DNA from: Macrostomum lignano
Lineage: Eukaryota
Assembly (NCBI GenBank): GCA_002269645.1
Contig: NIVC01000800.1
Location: forward strand, 248,001-312,000
Reading direction: 5' to 3'
Length of the DNA: 64,000 nucleotides
Each line of letters begins with the position of its first letter. Within the stretch, counting starts at the first letter, position 1. Made by a program: the position numbers and the translations under genes. The notes beneath the pieces are model-generated. The model made no database searches. It was not told where the DNA came from and saw only the letters and a program-made list of their open reading frames with translations. Below are positions 24,410 through 38,356 of the stretch, piece after piece.

Positions 24410-24625
24410 CCATGGCGCCAACTCCCAAATGCCATGGCGCCAACTCCCAAATGACATGGCGCCAACTCCCAAATGACATGGCGCCAACTTCCAAATGACA
24501 TGGCGCCAGCGCCAACTCCAAATGACATGGTGCCAACTACCAAATGACATGACGCCAACTCCCAAATGACATGGCGCCAACTTCAAAATGACATGGCGCC
24601 AGCGCCAACTCCAAATGCAATGGCG
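24410..24625. repeat. Minisatellite, ~22-27-bp unit
   Basis: ATGGCGCCAACTCCCAAATGAC, about 9 copies. Confidence 0.9.
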
Positions 24626-26049
24626 TCAATTGTCGGTGACAGTTTTGTTTAAATCTAATTTAATGAGGAATTCGCAGTTTAAAATGGTACTAATGGGAGC
24701 TAATTCTATCATAGAGCTTGAATAGTATTTTTATTTTTAACTTCCCGAATAAAAATGTCGCATTAATCAAATTTTTAGTTCCTAATCTTATCCCAAAATC
24801 GAAAGAAAAATAGGAAGTATCACGGCGGAATTGCTACGATCGTATCGGGGACGAGTGACGCAATCTTAGGGAATGCTTTTTGCGCCCCACTACTAGACCA
24901 AGGCTTGGCTTTGCTTTGCTTCTGCTTCCAGGCCCCGAGGCCCCTTGACGCGCTTCAAAGGCGCATAAGATGGCCGACTCTCTCCGCTCCCCTGTGCATA
25001 TTCGATTTCATAATGAACTTCGGCCCCCGTATTAATTATAGAAATGGCGGAGATTAGCGGCTCCCGGTAATTAGCATCGATTGGACGGATGGTTGGGCCG
25101 GCCGGATGAATGAACTGCCTGCAGGCTGTGGGGCTCCCCGCTGTGCTAATTCCACCAGATGCCAACCCACCCACTCTGTCTGTCACGTTCTCGCTTGGGC
25201 CTCGCTGATTGGCTCTCAGCGGACTGGCCAATAAGAGCCGTTGAAGGTCTGGTGCGGTTTTTCCATAGGGGGGCTATGGCCTGCTATGAGGCCAGACAAT
25301 TTTCAGCTCTCAAACGCAATTCCTGTTCTCGCATTTCTGTCCCGACCAAATGATAAATCCTATGCGCTCCACTCGGCGCGCACGCGGCTTATGGGGATGG
25401 GGATTTCCAACTGAATTCTCCCCGATCGCATGCTGAGCACAGGGCCCATATAGAGCCTTCCTTTCCCCTTCCGTCATTATGCAGTCTGGGAAAAGTGGCA
25501 GCAGTGTGACAGCAGCAGGGAGGAGTTGAAGGGAGCGCGGGGAGAGGGAGAGAGGCAAGAGGAAGAGGGGAAATAATTGATGAAGCTGGAGGCCGTCCCA
25601 GACTCCCAGTCGTTGTCCAAAGGCAAAGCGGGAGGTCCCATATCGAAGACGCTTCAAGTCCAAGTGACTTTTCAAGCAGCTCCCCCAAGAGGAGGCAGAG
25701 AGTGGCGCCTGGCAATTTGAGCTGCCCAGATTTTGCGGGGGACGCGAGGAGGTGGAAGGGATTGGAGAAGGGATTCTTTCGCTCGCGGCCAGTTTCTTTC
25801 TCCTTCCGGCTTTGCCCGGCCTATAGCCTCATCATCTCTGCTTCGGCTGGAAGCTGTAAACTAGATTAGCGACTTCCACTTGACAATTCACATTTGACTG
25901 GACATTAGTGACCCCCTGTGACCCCTTCTGACCCCCCCTAGTGCGATGCGCCAACCTCTCTTGCAAATCCTAATCCCCTCGAAGCTCCCATGATTCAAAT
26001 ATCCATAGCCCTGACTTCCTTTATCTACCTTACTGATCTGCATGCACAT

Positions 26050-26440
26050 CCCCGCCCAATCTACCCTGCCAATCTACCCCGCCCAATCTACCCTGCCCAA
26101 TCTACCCTGCCCAATCTACCCTGCCAATCTACCCCGCCCAATCTACCCTGCCAATCTACTCTGCCAATCTACTCTGCCAATCTACTCTGCCTAATCTACT
26201 CTGCCAATCTACTCTGCCCAATCTACTCTGCCCAATCAACCCTGTCAATCTACCCTGCCACTACCCTGCCAATCTACCCTGCGAATCTACCCTGCCAATC
26301 TACCCTGCCAATCTACCCTGCCAATCTACCCTGCCAATCTACCCTGCCCAATCTACTCTGCCAATCTACTCTGCCCAATCTACTCTGCCAATCTACTCTG
26401 CCCAATCTACTCTGCCAATCTACTCTGCCCAATCTACTTT
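26050..26440. repeat. Minisatellite, 13-14-bp unit
   Basis: CCAATCTAC(C/T)CTG(C) tandem copies. Confidence 0.92.
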
Positions 26441-27679
26441 TCCCTTTTTTGCCTTCTCAAACTCTAAACTACCAGGGTCAGCGTGCCCACTTGCAATTAT
26501 AATTACGGTACCCTCCCCGCCTTATCTACTCTCCCCAAGCTACCCTGCCATATCTACCCTCCCCTATCTGCCCTTGTCCTATCTCTACACTCCCCGATCT
26601 ACCCTTGTCCTATCTACCCTCCCTTCCCCTATCCAGCCCTACCCTTCACCTACCTAACCCGCCCTTACCTACTCTACCCTCCTACGGGCCCCCATCTACA
26701 CTGCCATAACAATGCATCTCAGGCCATCAGCGAGTTGTCAGGAAGTTTGTTGTTGCCCCAGTCACTTCAAGCAATCCATCAAATTGAATTCATTCTAAAA
26801 ACAAAGACTGGATACACAAACTTTATTGAGACAACCCATGAAAAACAAATTCAAGATGCTTGGAACACCGGATATAAAAATAAACTATGCTAATTAACCT
26901 ATAAGAAAGTTATTAGTTGCTAGCAGATGCTGAATGTGTTTTGAAAGATAAACATAAGCATTTAACTTCACTCAAGCCATTGCTTGCTTGCTTGCCTGGC
27001 TGACTGACTGATGTGTGGTGTGGAATATGAGATAATATTTCTTACAGTTGACACAGTGATTACGTAATCTTCATCCACTAACTTCCTCCCCCTTTTTTAG
27101 CTTTGTGATACAAACAGCCTGACGGGTTTCTTTCGAATTTGGCTATGCAGACGCCACTCCCAACCATCGGTATCGGGGATAAAATCTGTTTCTCGGACAG
27201 AAACCTCTCATCATGCTGTTGCGTTCACTCCCCTCAAATTGGGGATCCAAAAAGCCATTTAGGGAAGAATTTCTTGGGAAAGAATTTCTACCTGTAAGAA
27301 TGCCAACCCAAGCCATCTGTAACATGAAGGAAATGTTCCATACTTACTACTGGCAGCTGAAACATCAAGTAGGCAGAGACGAGTAAGGACACGAATTTTT
27401 GTTACTGCGCAAAAACTGCGCAGATGTTTATGACTTTTTGAACAAAGAGTGAACCATGCACCGACAATCATTCTTTCACGATTAGTTGAAATAGTTGCAC
27501 AAAGGCAGGGCCGGAGCTAGAAGCTGGTGAAGCAGGCGGGTAAAACGGAAGAAGAAAAAAGAAACTGGAAGCAAGGATAGAAGCAGTAAGCTGATGCCAG
27601 ACTAACTGAAGGTATAGAGCTGAAAACAGAAAGGAACGCAAAGATGAAATCAAATAAAAAGCAGACAGAAAGCAAAAAT

Positions 27680-28010
27680 ATGGAAGCATGCAGAAACAGA
27701 CAGAAGCAGACAGATATAAGCAGACAGACAGAAGCAGACAGATAGAAGCAGACCGACAGAAGTAGACAGACAGAATCAGACAGATAGAAGCAGACAGATA
27801 GAAGTAGACAGATAGAAGTAGACAGATAGAAGTAGACAGATAGAAGTAGACAGATAGAAGTAGACAGAAAGAAACAGACAGATAGAACCAGACAGACAGA
27901 AGCAGACAGACAGAAGCAGACAGACAGAAGCAGACATGCAGAAACAAACAGATAGAAGCAGACAGACAGAAGCAGACAGACAGAAGCAGACAGACAGAAG
28001 CAGACAGGCT
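27680..28010. repeat. Minisatellite, ~14-bp unit
   Basis: AGACAGATAGAAG(C/T) and AGACAGACAGAAGC units. Confidence 0.9.
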
Positions 28011-28629
28011 GAATCAGAATAGAGACAGAACATACGCTCGTAGTTAGATGTATCAATTAGCACCTTCATGAACAGATCATTATTATTTTCAAACTCCAGC
28101 GCAGCTCGCACACAGTCAAGGGCCAGGAATGATTCAAAACACAATATGGAAGAAGAGCAACCCTCCACCGAGCCTTTCAGTTGCTGCAGTTTCTAAATGG
28201 AGATGGAGATGACGTGGCTGGTGAATAAGGGATATTTCTGTCTCAAGCTTGGCCCCCAGCTGGCTCCACTCGTCTCTGGGGGCTTTAAACTTGCATTCCC
28301 CACACAGTTTCTCCCCTCTCCAAGCATCCCAATCGTCCCGCTTGCTTGCCTGCAATTCCAAAAATTCTCCTTCAAACATTTTTGTAAATGCGGAATGCAA
28401 AACCCATTCCTTGTGTTTTATATAGCTAATAACAAACGGCGCATTTTAGACAAAACTTTGTCAGACCTCACAAATAGCAGTCACCTGTGGAGGGCATCTT
28501 TTATGCCTGACTGGAAATTAGCAGTTCAGTTCTTGTGCGAAAGCAGCAATATTGAGACTGAAGATAGACGAGTAGATGGAAGAGCTGCAGATAGTTGAGA
28601 CTGCGATTGGATTCAGTGAGACTGGAGAC

Positions 28630-29900
28630 AAAGATTGGAGAGGGAGGAGGGTGAGATTAGAGAGGGAGAGAGGAGTGAGGTCACAGAGGGAGAGAGGAGT
28701 GAAATTGGAGAGGGAGAGACGGGTGAGATTGGAGATGGAGAGAGGGAAGAGCTTTGAAAGAGAGGGATGAGATTGGTGAGGGGGAGAGGGTGAGCTTGGA
28801 GAGGGCGAGGAGGGTGAGATTGGAAAGAGAGGAGGGTGAGATTGGAGAGAGAGAGGAGGGTAAGATTGGAGAGGTAGAGAGAGGTGAGATTAGAGAGGGA
28901 GAGAGGGATGAGATTGGAAAGGGAGAGAGGGATGAGATTGGAGAGGGGGAGAGGGAGGAGATTGGAGAGGGGGAGAGGGATGAGATTGGTGAGGGGGAGA
29001 GGGAGGAGATTGGAGAGGGCGAGGAGGGTGAGATTGGTGAGGGGGAGAGGGATGAGATTGGTGAGGGGGAGAGGGATGAGATTGGTGAGGGGAGAGGGAT
29101 GAGATTGGTGAGGGGAGAGGGATGAGATTGGTGAGGGGGAGAGGGAGGAGATTGGAGAGGGCGAGGAGGGTGAGATTGGTGAGGGGGAGAGGGAGGAGAT
29201 TGGTGAGGGGGAGAGGGAGGAGACTGGAGAGGGGGAGAGGGATGAGATTGGTGAGGGGGAGAGGGATGAGATTGGAGAGGGGGAGAGGGATGAGATTGGT
29301 GAGGGGGAGAGGGAGGAGATTGGTGAGGGGGAGAGGGATGAGATTGGAGAGGGAGAGGAGGGTGAGATTGGAGAGGGAGAGGAGGGTAAGATTGAAGAGG
29401 GGAGAGGGATGAGATTGGAAAGGGAGAGAGGGATGAGATTGGTGAGGGGGAGAGAGATGAGATTGGTGAGGGGGAGAGAGATGAGATTGGTGAGGGGGAG
29501 AGGGAGGAGATTGGTGAGGGGGAGAGGGATGAGATTGGTGAGGGGGAGAGGGATGAGATTGGTGAGGGGGAGAGAGATGAGATTGGTGAGGGGGAGAGGG
29601 AGGAGATTGGTGAGGGGGAGAGGGATGAGATTGGTGAGGGGGAGAGAGATGAGATTGGTGAGGGGGAGAGGGATGAGATTGGTGAGGGGGTAGGGTGAGC
29701 TTGGAGAGGAAGAGGAGGGTGAGATTGTGGAGGAAAAGAGGGTGAGATTGGAAGAGGAGAGAGGGATGAGATTGGTGAGGGGAGAGAGTGAAATTGGAGA
29801 GGAAAAGAGGGTGAGATTGGAAGGGGAGAGAGGGATGAGATTGGAGAGGGAGAGAGGGTGAGATTGGAGATGGATAGAGAGGTGAGATAAAAAGGGAGAG
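28630..29900. repeat. GA-rich minisatellite, ~24-bp unit
   Basis: GAGATTGGTGAGGGGGAGAGGGAT-like units. Confidence 0.92.
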
Positions 29901-30219
29901 ATTGGAGAAAGCAGTCAGTAAGACAGTTTTCAAAACATGGTGCAGTCAGTGGGATGGGGCTACAGTGGATTAGTAAAACTGAAAATTGCAATGTTCGCCA
30001 TCTCAGCCAAGCATTCAACCACAAAAGGAGCATTTTGTGAATTCTACCATTGAATATGTTGCATAAAGCAGCAAGCCAGAATAGAATGAATAGAATGAAA
30101 GAGAATTAATAAGTAAAAAAGAAGACAGCTGCTTGACGTACGCTGCGACTGGCGTACCAAACACAGAATGCATTCAGTAATTGTGTAAATGTGCAGCAGC
30201 ATTGTCGTTACTTTTGCTC

Positions 30220-30347
30220 TTTGGTGCTGGCGCCCCTTGGTGCTGGCGCCCCTTGGTGCTGGCGCCCCTTGGTGCTGGCGCCCCTTGGTGCTGGCGCCCC
30301 TTTGTGCTGGCGCCCCTTTGTGCTGGCGCCCCTTTGTGCTGGCGCCC
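30220..30347 (+). repeat. 16-bp GGTGCTGGCGCCCCTT array (left arm of an inverted pair)
   Basis: About 8 copies; reverse complement of the 30806-30892 array. Confidence 0.93.
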
Positions 30348-30776
30348 CGCTGACGCCATATTGAAATTACGATTTTGTTGACAATCGGATGAAACAAAAA
30401 TCCAACCATTTTAGTTGTTAATCTGCTTTCCTTTTCATTTTTGTATTCTGAACATCCGGAATCTAAACCCACTCCGCCTGCAGTCTCTTGCAATTGTAAA
30501 GGATTTCGGATTTCGTAAATATTTATAACACTGCATAAAGCAGAAAATTCAAAAAGAAATTATGCAGTCAACCTTCGATTGCTCATCATTCTTTACATGC
30601 CGCTTTTGTCTGTCTAAATTATTTGCTGGAGAATGGATTAGAGAGCATGAGAAAGCAGACTGACATGATGATTCAATGATCGATGAGAATTCCTCTTCCA
30701 GCTGCCCTTCCAGATCCTTAAACCGCAATCAGTGGAGTTGTGAAGAGTGAAGTTATTTTATTTGAAGCCGTCCGTA

Positions 30777-30892
30777 GCGCAACCAGGATTTCGAAATTGG
30801 GGGGAGGCGCCAGCACCAAGGGGCGCCAGCACCAAGGGGCGCCAGCACCAAAGGGGCGCCAGCACCAAAGGGGCGCCAGCACCAAAGGGCCC
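30777..30892. mobile_element. hAT-MITE-like terminus followed by a GGCGCCAGCACCAA(A)GG array
   Basis: GCGCAACCAGGATTTC (30777-30792) matches 14/16 the reverse-complemented right end of the 37205 MITE; a G-run and about 5 units follow. Confidence 0.5.
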
Positions 30893-31904
30893 AGCAAGGA
30901 GTTCTAAGAAATTCACCAAAAGATACAATGAGCAAGCAATGCAAAATATTTTTCAGATTGCTATTTATATTTCAAATAAAAATCTACTGCATTTCGAAGA
31001 GCGACTCCTCAATAAAACAAATTAGCATTGATTGATGGAGTTTACATTACGAGAGACTGGAGCTGGGAATCGCTATTGTTGAGTCTGAGAGGCTGTATAA
31101 TGACGGAGCATGGAGTGAGAAAGAGAGTGGAGTAGCTCGTATTTTATAGCGGCAGATTTAATTGCGGTAACCGAAAGTTAGTATATTAGCTCGTAGTATT
31201 GCATTAGCCCAAGTATTTAAGCCCCCTGGGGCATGGCTGGGGAGGAGTTCTCTCTAGGATTTAGTGACAGTTAGTGAGTCACAGCGCACACGTTTGTAAT
31301 AATAATACTAGCTTTATATGTGCTTCTTTCTTTCTGTTGTGTATTAAGGGATTCAGCTTTTATCTGTCTGTCTGTCTGGCTGGCTGGGCCCCTACTTCCT
31401 CTCCTCTCTCCTCTCTCCTCTCCTCTTCCCCAGAAAAACCGCTAAAGCCTTCGCTCCCCCACCCCCACCCTATTTGCCGCAACTAGAGCTGAGATAGTGG
31501 GGGAAGAGAAAAACGCTTCGTTCGGGGATTCGACTGCTTTGCTGGCTGCTGCTGGGGTGCCCAAAAGATGGAGAGGATGGGGATGGGGAGTTAAGGTCGA
31601 AAAAAGAAGAGAAGGCCAAGACTGAGTGTATGAGTAGCGAGTAGCGACTAGAGAGAAAGAGAACGACTGAAATGAGATGAGCTATACAGAGCAGCAGACC
31701 CCAACAGAGTCATCAGGGATCTAATATTCAGAGTAAAATGATTCTGATTCCATGATTCTGATTCCCAATCCCAACCGAACCAAAGCAGGCCCATTTACAT
31801 CGATAGCCTAAAATAGCCTAACGTCTTATCATAATGCTTACGCATTATATTACGTCTTTCGACTGTTTTAGCTGTGCAAATAATAAAACTATTTTGGCGC
31901 TTAT

Positions 31905-34025
31905 CTTATCTATGGCGCTGTACAGTCACTGATTTTGGCGCTTATCTTATCTATGGCGCTGTACAGTCTCTAATTTTGGCGCCTATCTTATCTATGGCGC
32001 TGCACAGTCTCTAATTTTGGCGCCTATCTTATCTATGGCGCTGTACAGTCTCTAATTTTGGTGCTTATATTATCTATGGCGCTGTACAGTCTCTAATTTT
32101 GGCGCCTATCTTATCTATGGCGCTGCACAGTCTCTAATTTTGGTGCTTATATTATCTATGGCGCTGTACAGTCTCTAATTTTGGCGCCTATCTTATCTAT
32201 GGCGCTGCACAGTCTCTAATTTTGGTGCTTATATTATCTATGGCGCTGTACAGTCTCTAATTTTGGCGCCTATCTTATCTATGGCGCTGTACAGTCTCTA
32301 ATTTTGGTGCATATATTATCTATGGCGCTGTACAGTCTCTAATTTTGGTGCTTATATTATCTATGGCGCTGCACAGTCTCTAATTTTGGTGCTTATCTTA
32401 TCTATGGCGCTGTACAGTCACTGATTTTGGCGCTTATCTTATCTATGGCGCTGTACAGTCTCTAATTTTGGCGCCTATCTTATCTATGGCGCTGCACAGT
32501 CTCTAATTTTGGTGCTTATCTTATCTATGGCGCTGTACAGTCACTGATTTTGGCGCTTATCTTATCTATGGCGCTGTACAGTCTCTAATTTTGGCGCCTA
32601 TCTTATCTATGGCGCTGCACAGTCTCTAATTTTGGTGCTTATATTATCTATGGCGCTTATCTATGGCGCTGTACAGTCTCTAATTTTGGTGCTTATATTA
32701 TCTATGGCGCTGTACAGTCTCTAATTTTGGCGCCTATCTTATCTATGGCGCTGTACAGTCTCTAATTTTGGTGCTTATATTATCTATGGCGCTGTACAGT
32801 CTCTAATTTTGGTGCTTATATTATCTATGGCGCTGTACAGTCTCTAATTTTGGTGCTTATATTATCTATGGCGCTGTACAGTCTCTAATTTTGGTGCTTA
32901 TATTATCTATGGCGCTGTACAGTCTCTAATTTTGGTGCTTATATTATCTATGGCGCTGCACAGTCTCTAATTTTGGTGCTTATATTATCTATGGCGCTGT
33001 ACAGTCTCTAATTTTGGCGCCTATCTTATCTATGGCGCTGCACAGTCTCTAATTTTGGTGCTTATATTATCTATGGCGCTGTACAGTCTCTAATTTTGGC
33101 GCCTATCTTATCTATGGCGCTGCACAGTCTCTAATTTTGGTGCTTATATTATCTATGGCGCTTATCTATGGCGCTGTACAGTCTCTAATTTTGGTGCTTA
33201 TATTATCTATGGCGCTGTACAGTCTCTAATTTTGGCGCCTATCTTATCTATGGCGCTGTACAGTCTCTAATTTTGGTGCTTATATTATCTATGGCGCTGT
33301 ACAGTCTCTAATTTTGGTGCTTATATTATCTATGGCGCTGTACAGTCTCTAATTTTGGTGCTTATATTATCTATGGCGCTGTACAGTCTCTAATTTTGGT
33401 GCTTATATTATCTATGGCGCTGTACAGTCTCTAATTTTGGTGCTTATATTATCTATGGCGCTGCACAGTCTCTAATTTTGGTGCTTATATTATCTATGGC
33501 GCTGTACAGTCTCTAATTTTGGCGCCTATCTTATCTATGGCGCTGCACAGTCTCTAATTTTGGTGCTTATATTATCTATGGCGCTGTACAGTCTCTAATT
33601 TTGGCGCCTATCTTATCTATGGCGCTGCACAGTCTCTAATTTTGGTGCTTATATTATCTATGGCGCTGTACAGTCTCTAATTTTGGCGCCTATCTTATCT
33701 ATGGCGCTGTACAGTCTCTAATTTTGGTGCATATATTATCTATGGCGCTGTACAGTCTCTAATTTTGGTGCTTATATTATCTATGGCGCTTATATTATCT
33801 ATGGCGCTGCACAATCTCTAATTTTGGTGCTTATATTATCTATGGCGCTGTACAGTCTCTAATTTTGGCGCCTATCTTATCTATGGCGCTGTACAGTCTC
33901 TAATTTTGGTGCTTATATTATCTATGGCGCTGTACAGTCTCTAATTTTGGCGCCTATCTTATCTATGGCGCTGTACAGTCTCTAATTTTGGCGCCTGTCT
34001 TATCTATGTCGCCTATTCTGCTAAT
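31905..34025. repeat. Minisatellite, 41-bp unit (~52 copies)
   Basis: TTTTGGCGCCTATCTTATCTATGGCGCTGTACAGTCTCTAA alternating with a TTTTGGTGCTTATATT variant; recurrent deletion variants. Confidence 0.97.
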
Positions 34026-35315
34026 TTTCCTAGATGCATACATCCCAACTTTTGAAAAGTTCCTACAGCTTGAATCACACTCCAAACTGCCCAACAGGCA
34101 TTTTTGGTGCTAATCTTTGGTGCCAAAACTATTTTCGTTTGGTCGCAAAGGCACTTGGGCTTATCTTTTTTCATAAGCTAAGGCTAAAGCCATACATGTC
34201 GATAACTATACTATAATGTAATGAAATTGAACTGGTTGAAATGAAGTTGAACTCATGTACTAATTATATCTGTACAGTTAAATATTTTATTTAAGTTGAC
34301 TTCAGCGTCAGAATTCAGAATTTAAATAGCTAATAACAAATATAGCTACAACACCACCTCGGCTCAGTCTTTTATCTTTTATCTTTTTATATGATGCATA
34401 TAACAATTGTGAGCTTAATATTGTCAATGTCATTAGTTGCATGGGAATTAGGACGCTTTTTGACAAGCAAACTCGGGCTCTTATCAACTATCTCCCCCCC
34501 TGCCCGAATCTCTATTACCTACCCACGCAGATCCCTTTAGGGGGGGGGGTGATTTTCCCAAGTCCCCACCCCCATGCCCCCCCCTCCCAGGCAAATGCTT
34601 ATCGGGAGCTCCAGTCAAGCAAGCGCCCATCGCTCTTCTTTTTCCTGTAAAACTATAAAATTTCCGTGTCACTTGCCAGCTTGGGTTCGGGACTCCGAGC
34701 CCCCGCAGTCCCACCCAGCCCGCTCAATTTTGCCCCCCCCGTCCCTTGTGTTTGTTCAGTTTATTCATCCTCTTTTTTCCTCACTTCATTTCAGTTCTTA
34801 CTCTTAGATTTATCAATAAGACTTGAAGTTTGTCCTCTCTTGCCGATGTGCCAAGTGGCCCCGTCTGGCCTCCGCCGAGTTTTTTATTTCATTCCCCGAC
34901 TTGTCATTAAAAATCTTTAAAGCTATCTGTCTATGTCTAGGAACGGAGGCTGCTGTTTGGATAATAAAAAATTGGTTCTGGCCTCTGGCTGTACTGTATG
35001 CTCTATGCAACTGGCTTCATAGATTGACATTATTGAGATTGGCACGGAATTTCTCTTATGAATTAACTGAAAACCACCTGACTGACCCAATTACTGTTTT
35101 GTTTGTTTATAGCTTCATTTAATTTGCAGTAATTAAAGTATTTGAGCATTTTAGCTAGCTAACATTTAATTAGAAAAGATTAGGTCAGTAATTTTCTTCC
35201 GACGAAATTGCATTCATTTGTAGCATGTAAAAAGCAATGGGCCAATAACTTGTGAATTGTGATGCCTCCAATAGCCAAATTTTTGGCACTTGCGCAATCG
35301 CATTGGTACTGTGTG

Positions 35316-35440
35316 TAGGGATGCCGAAATCCCGGAGTTTCGTGATCCCGGGATCTCGCAATTAATCCCGAAATTTTCTAACATCGCGGAAAAATCCCGG
35401 AGGTTAATCCCGGGATACCCCCGAAAAAGTCCCGGGATCC
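35316..35440. mobile_element. Probable solo DNA-transposon end with ATCCCG(G) subterminal repeats
   Basis: TAGGGATGCCGAAATCCCGG followed by several (A)TCCCG(G/A) motifs; no matching opposite end or TSD found. Confidence 0.4.
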
Positions 35441-37204
35441 TGGTGTTGTGACACCTAGACAGGTAGTATAGTACTGGTGTATGTGCGGTGCGAGTATCGA
35501 GTATGCTTTCTGACTGAGACAGAGTATGCTATAGTAAATAGATTAATAGATAACCAAACCAAGATAGTATTTACTACTATTTTATAGGCAATAGCACGGC
35601 TGGACATATTGGTATTATGAAATTGTTTTTTTCATTTAAAGAAAGCAATCCATTATAATCAGCCGGTAGAGCAGAGCACACTAAAAATAAGTATTACTAT
35701 CACTGTTATGTGACCCCCATTTGTCCAGACAGCCAAACACTGACTAAATTAAAAAATCAATAAAATGAAGTTAAAGAATCAGACAAACCAGACACAGCCA
35801 GTGTGTACAAACGCGATGGGTAAAACCTTTAAAACCGCCCGTTCCATGCAGCCTGACTGAAAATCTTCAGTTCGTGCGCGAGGGAATAAGTGAGGAGATT
35901 CGCGGGTAATAAAATTCCGGCACGGACCCAAATGCCGCGGCGGCCTACAGTTGTGCGAAGAATTTTCTAACTGGGAAGCCCCCCGCAGGTCCACCCAGCC
36001 CCCCCCCCCCGCCAAGAGGGGCTTTATGTGAGCCGAATTAGCAGGCGATGCAATAAAAATGGCGATTTGCGACGCGATTAGAAAGGACTACGGGCTACGG
36101 CAGAGTAAATGAACGTGCTTTTGCTTTACTTTCTATGCGCCTTAGGGCTTAGGCCATTTGTATTGTGTTGGCTTAAAACGTGGGAATATCTTCTGGGTTG
36201 GCATTGAATTTCGCAAGCCAAATACTTGAAATAAACAGGGGAATGGGATAAGATTCAAGAATTCAAGGAAGATTTTTAAGAAGATTATACACAATGCACA
36301 AGTATATTATAATTAATTACAAACGCCATAGAAACAGGGCAAAAACAACAAAAGCTTCCTTCTATTTAAAAATAATTCTTGCCAATGCGGTGCCATGGTG
36401 ATTGTATCTAATTCACATTACTTTACATCATACATGTCATTGCAGCGGCAAAAATCGGACTTACAATAAATATAACTAATGAGATTTGATCTATTGCATG
36501 CATGCAATGCAAACCATTCAATTTACCCAAACCTGACAGATTATACTGCTGGGACCGCTGGGCGCGGGTGGGTTGCGTGGGTAGACAGACACTAGACTAG
36601 GGCCAACAGGAACAGAGTAAACAGAATTATGCTTGTTTTATACACCAAACCGAACTCTAAATCTTTATGACGTCAAATATAAAACTAGAAAGAGTCCAGA
36701 TCCCAAGGATCCCAACCAACCCAAGTTCCAACAGACATTGGATGCATTGTAATCGTAATTGTAAACAAGCAGTCCAAGGACTCCGAGACTCCGACAAACT
36801 TGAGACTTGAATGAACACTGAACACAAAGACCAACAATTCGTAAAGCTTAAACATCCAAATTCCAAATCTCCCGTCCTAAAGCCCCACTGCCGATGACCT
36901 ATTTTAAAAGGGGCGGCGGCGCTAAAAGGAGGAAGGAAAAGGGAAAAAACCTACTCGGAAAATGCACTAAAGAGACAGGAACAACAGAAACTTTGCCGAA
37001 ACTTTGCTTGCTTGTGTGTCTCGAGTCTCGACTCTAGTGGCGTTTTTTTAAAATAAGAACTTATTACATCTAAGGTTGTTCCTTCAGCAAAGCACATTAG
37101 GAATTCGGATCTTCACAATCACAACGTGAGATATTGAGAATTTAGTGCTAAAAAATATAAAAACCCCTTATCTCTCATTTTGCAATAAAAAGACTCAAAA
37201 GTGA

Positions 37205-37386
37205 CAGGGGCGTAGCCAAGGGGGGGGGGTCATGGGGGTCATGACCCCCCCCCCTAGCCGGCTGATCCAGGCTAAATTTTCAGGCCCCCTCCCCCGTCGC
37301 AGAGGCCTAGCACCCCTGCCCCGGTTACCGCTGTGAGCCTGTGACTGACTGTGACCCCCCCGAAAGAAATCCTGGCTACGCCACTG
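37205..37386. mobile_element. Complete 182-bp non-autonomous hAT-type MITE
   Basis: TIRs CAGGGGCGTAGCCAAGG ... CCTGGCTACGCCACTG and a perfect 8-bp TSD AAAAGTGA (37197-37204 and 37387-37394). An 8-bp TSD with CAG-starting TIRs is typical of hAT. Confidence 0.9.
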
Positions 37387-38356
37387 AAAAGTGAACACCC
37401 TTCCTTCCATGTGAAATTTTCACAATCTGCGAGTGCAGCGTTTTTCAGCTTGAGTTATCCATGTTCTATAAAAATACAACACGGCAAATTTTCAATGAAT
37501 TTAAAAGTATAAAGGACAATCAATAAGATGTGCAAGTGCAACGTGCAAGTGCGTGGTGCAAAAATACCGGTTCGACTGTCTGAGTCTGACTCTGACTGAC
37601 TATCTGTATCTCTGCCTTGTACTGTATCAAATGAAATGAATGCTATAGCAAACAAAGCAAATCAAACACAATTTCAACAACAGCAGCGCAGCAGCTATTG
37701 TAGCCTACAGGCGCCTCACCTCACAAAGCCAAGTTGTGGTGCTCCAATACAATACAATCAATAATAATCCAATTCCAAACCCATTTGTAAGTTGTAACTG
37801 AGGTAATGAATCTCCATTGTAGTTTGTAGATAGTGGCAATATCAATTTATTAGCTAATATCAATATATTCGATTCGATACGTATGCGGCATAACATGACT
37901 AAGCACAAGTATAATCCCCTTTTCGCCAGCATTTACGTAATTAATGGTAACTAAAGTAACAAGCATCAGATTTCTAATTATTGTGGCACTGAATTTTGGG
38001 ACACATTCGCCAGGGGTGGCTTCGTCCATAGATATAAAAAGTAAGCCCTACAAAAAGGTGGCAACGCAAGCGAAGCAAGCCTTCTATTGCAATGAGAGTG
38101 GGTTGACTACTAGCAGGGGAGGGGAGCTGGGGAAGCTTCTCTCACCAGTGGAACCCTTTAAATGTCTCTCCTACTCCTCTAGTGGTGCAGGAGGGTCTGG
38201 GGAAGGGATGGCGGATATGCTTGCAAAGCAAGCAAGCTGTTAACGCAAAAATTAAAGGGGCAGCCGCGTGAGCGCGCATGCTAACTATTTGTTGGGTTAG
38301 CCAGCCAATGAGAAGCCTCCTACGATTCTCCACAGTCGGGCAGGCACCTCATTTGC

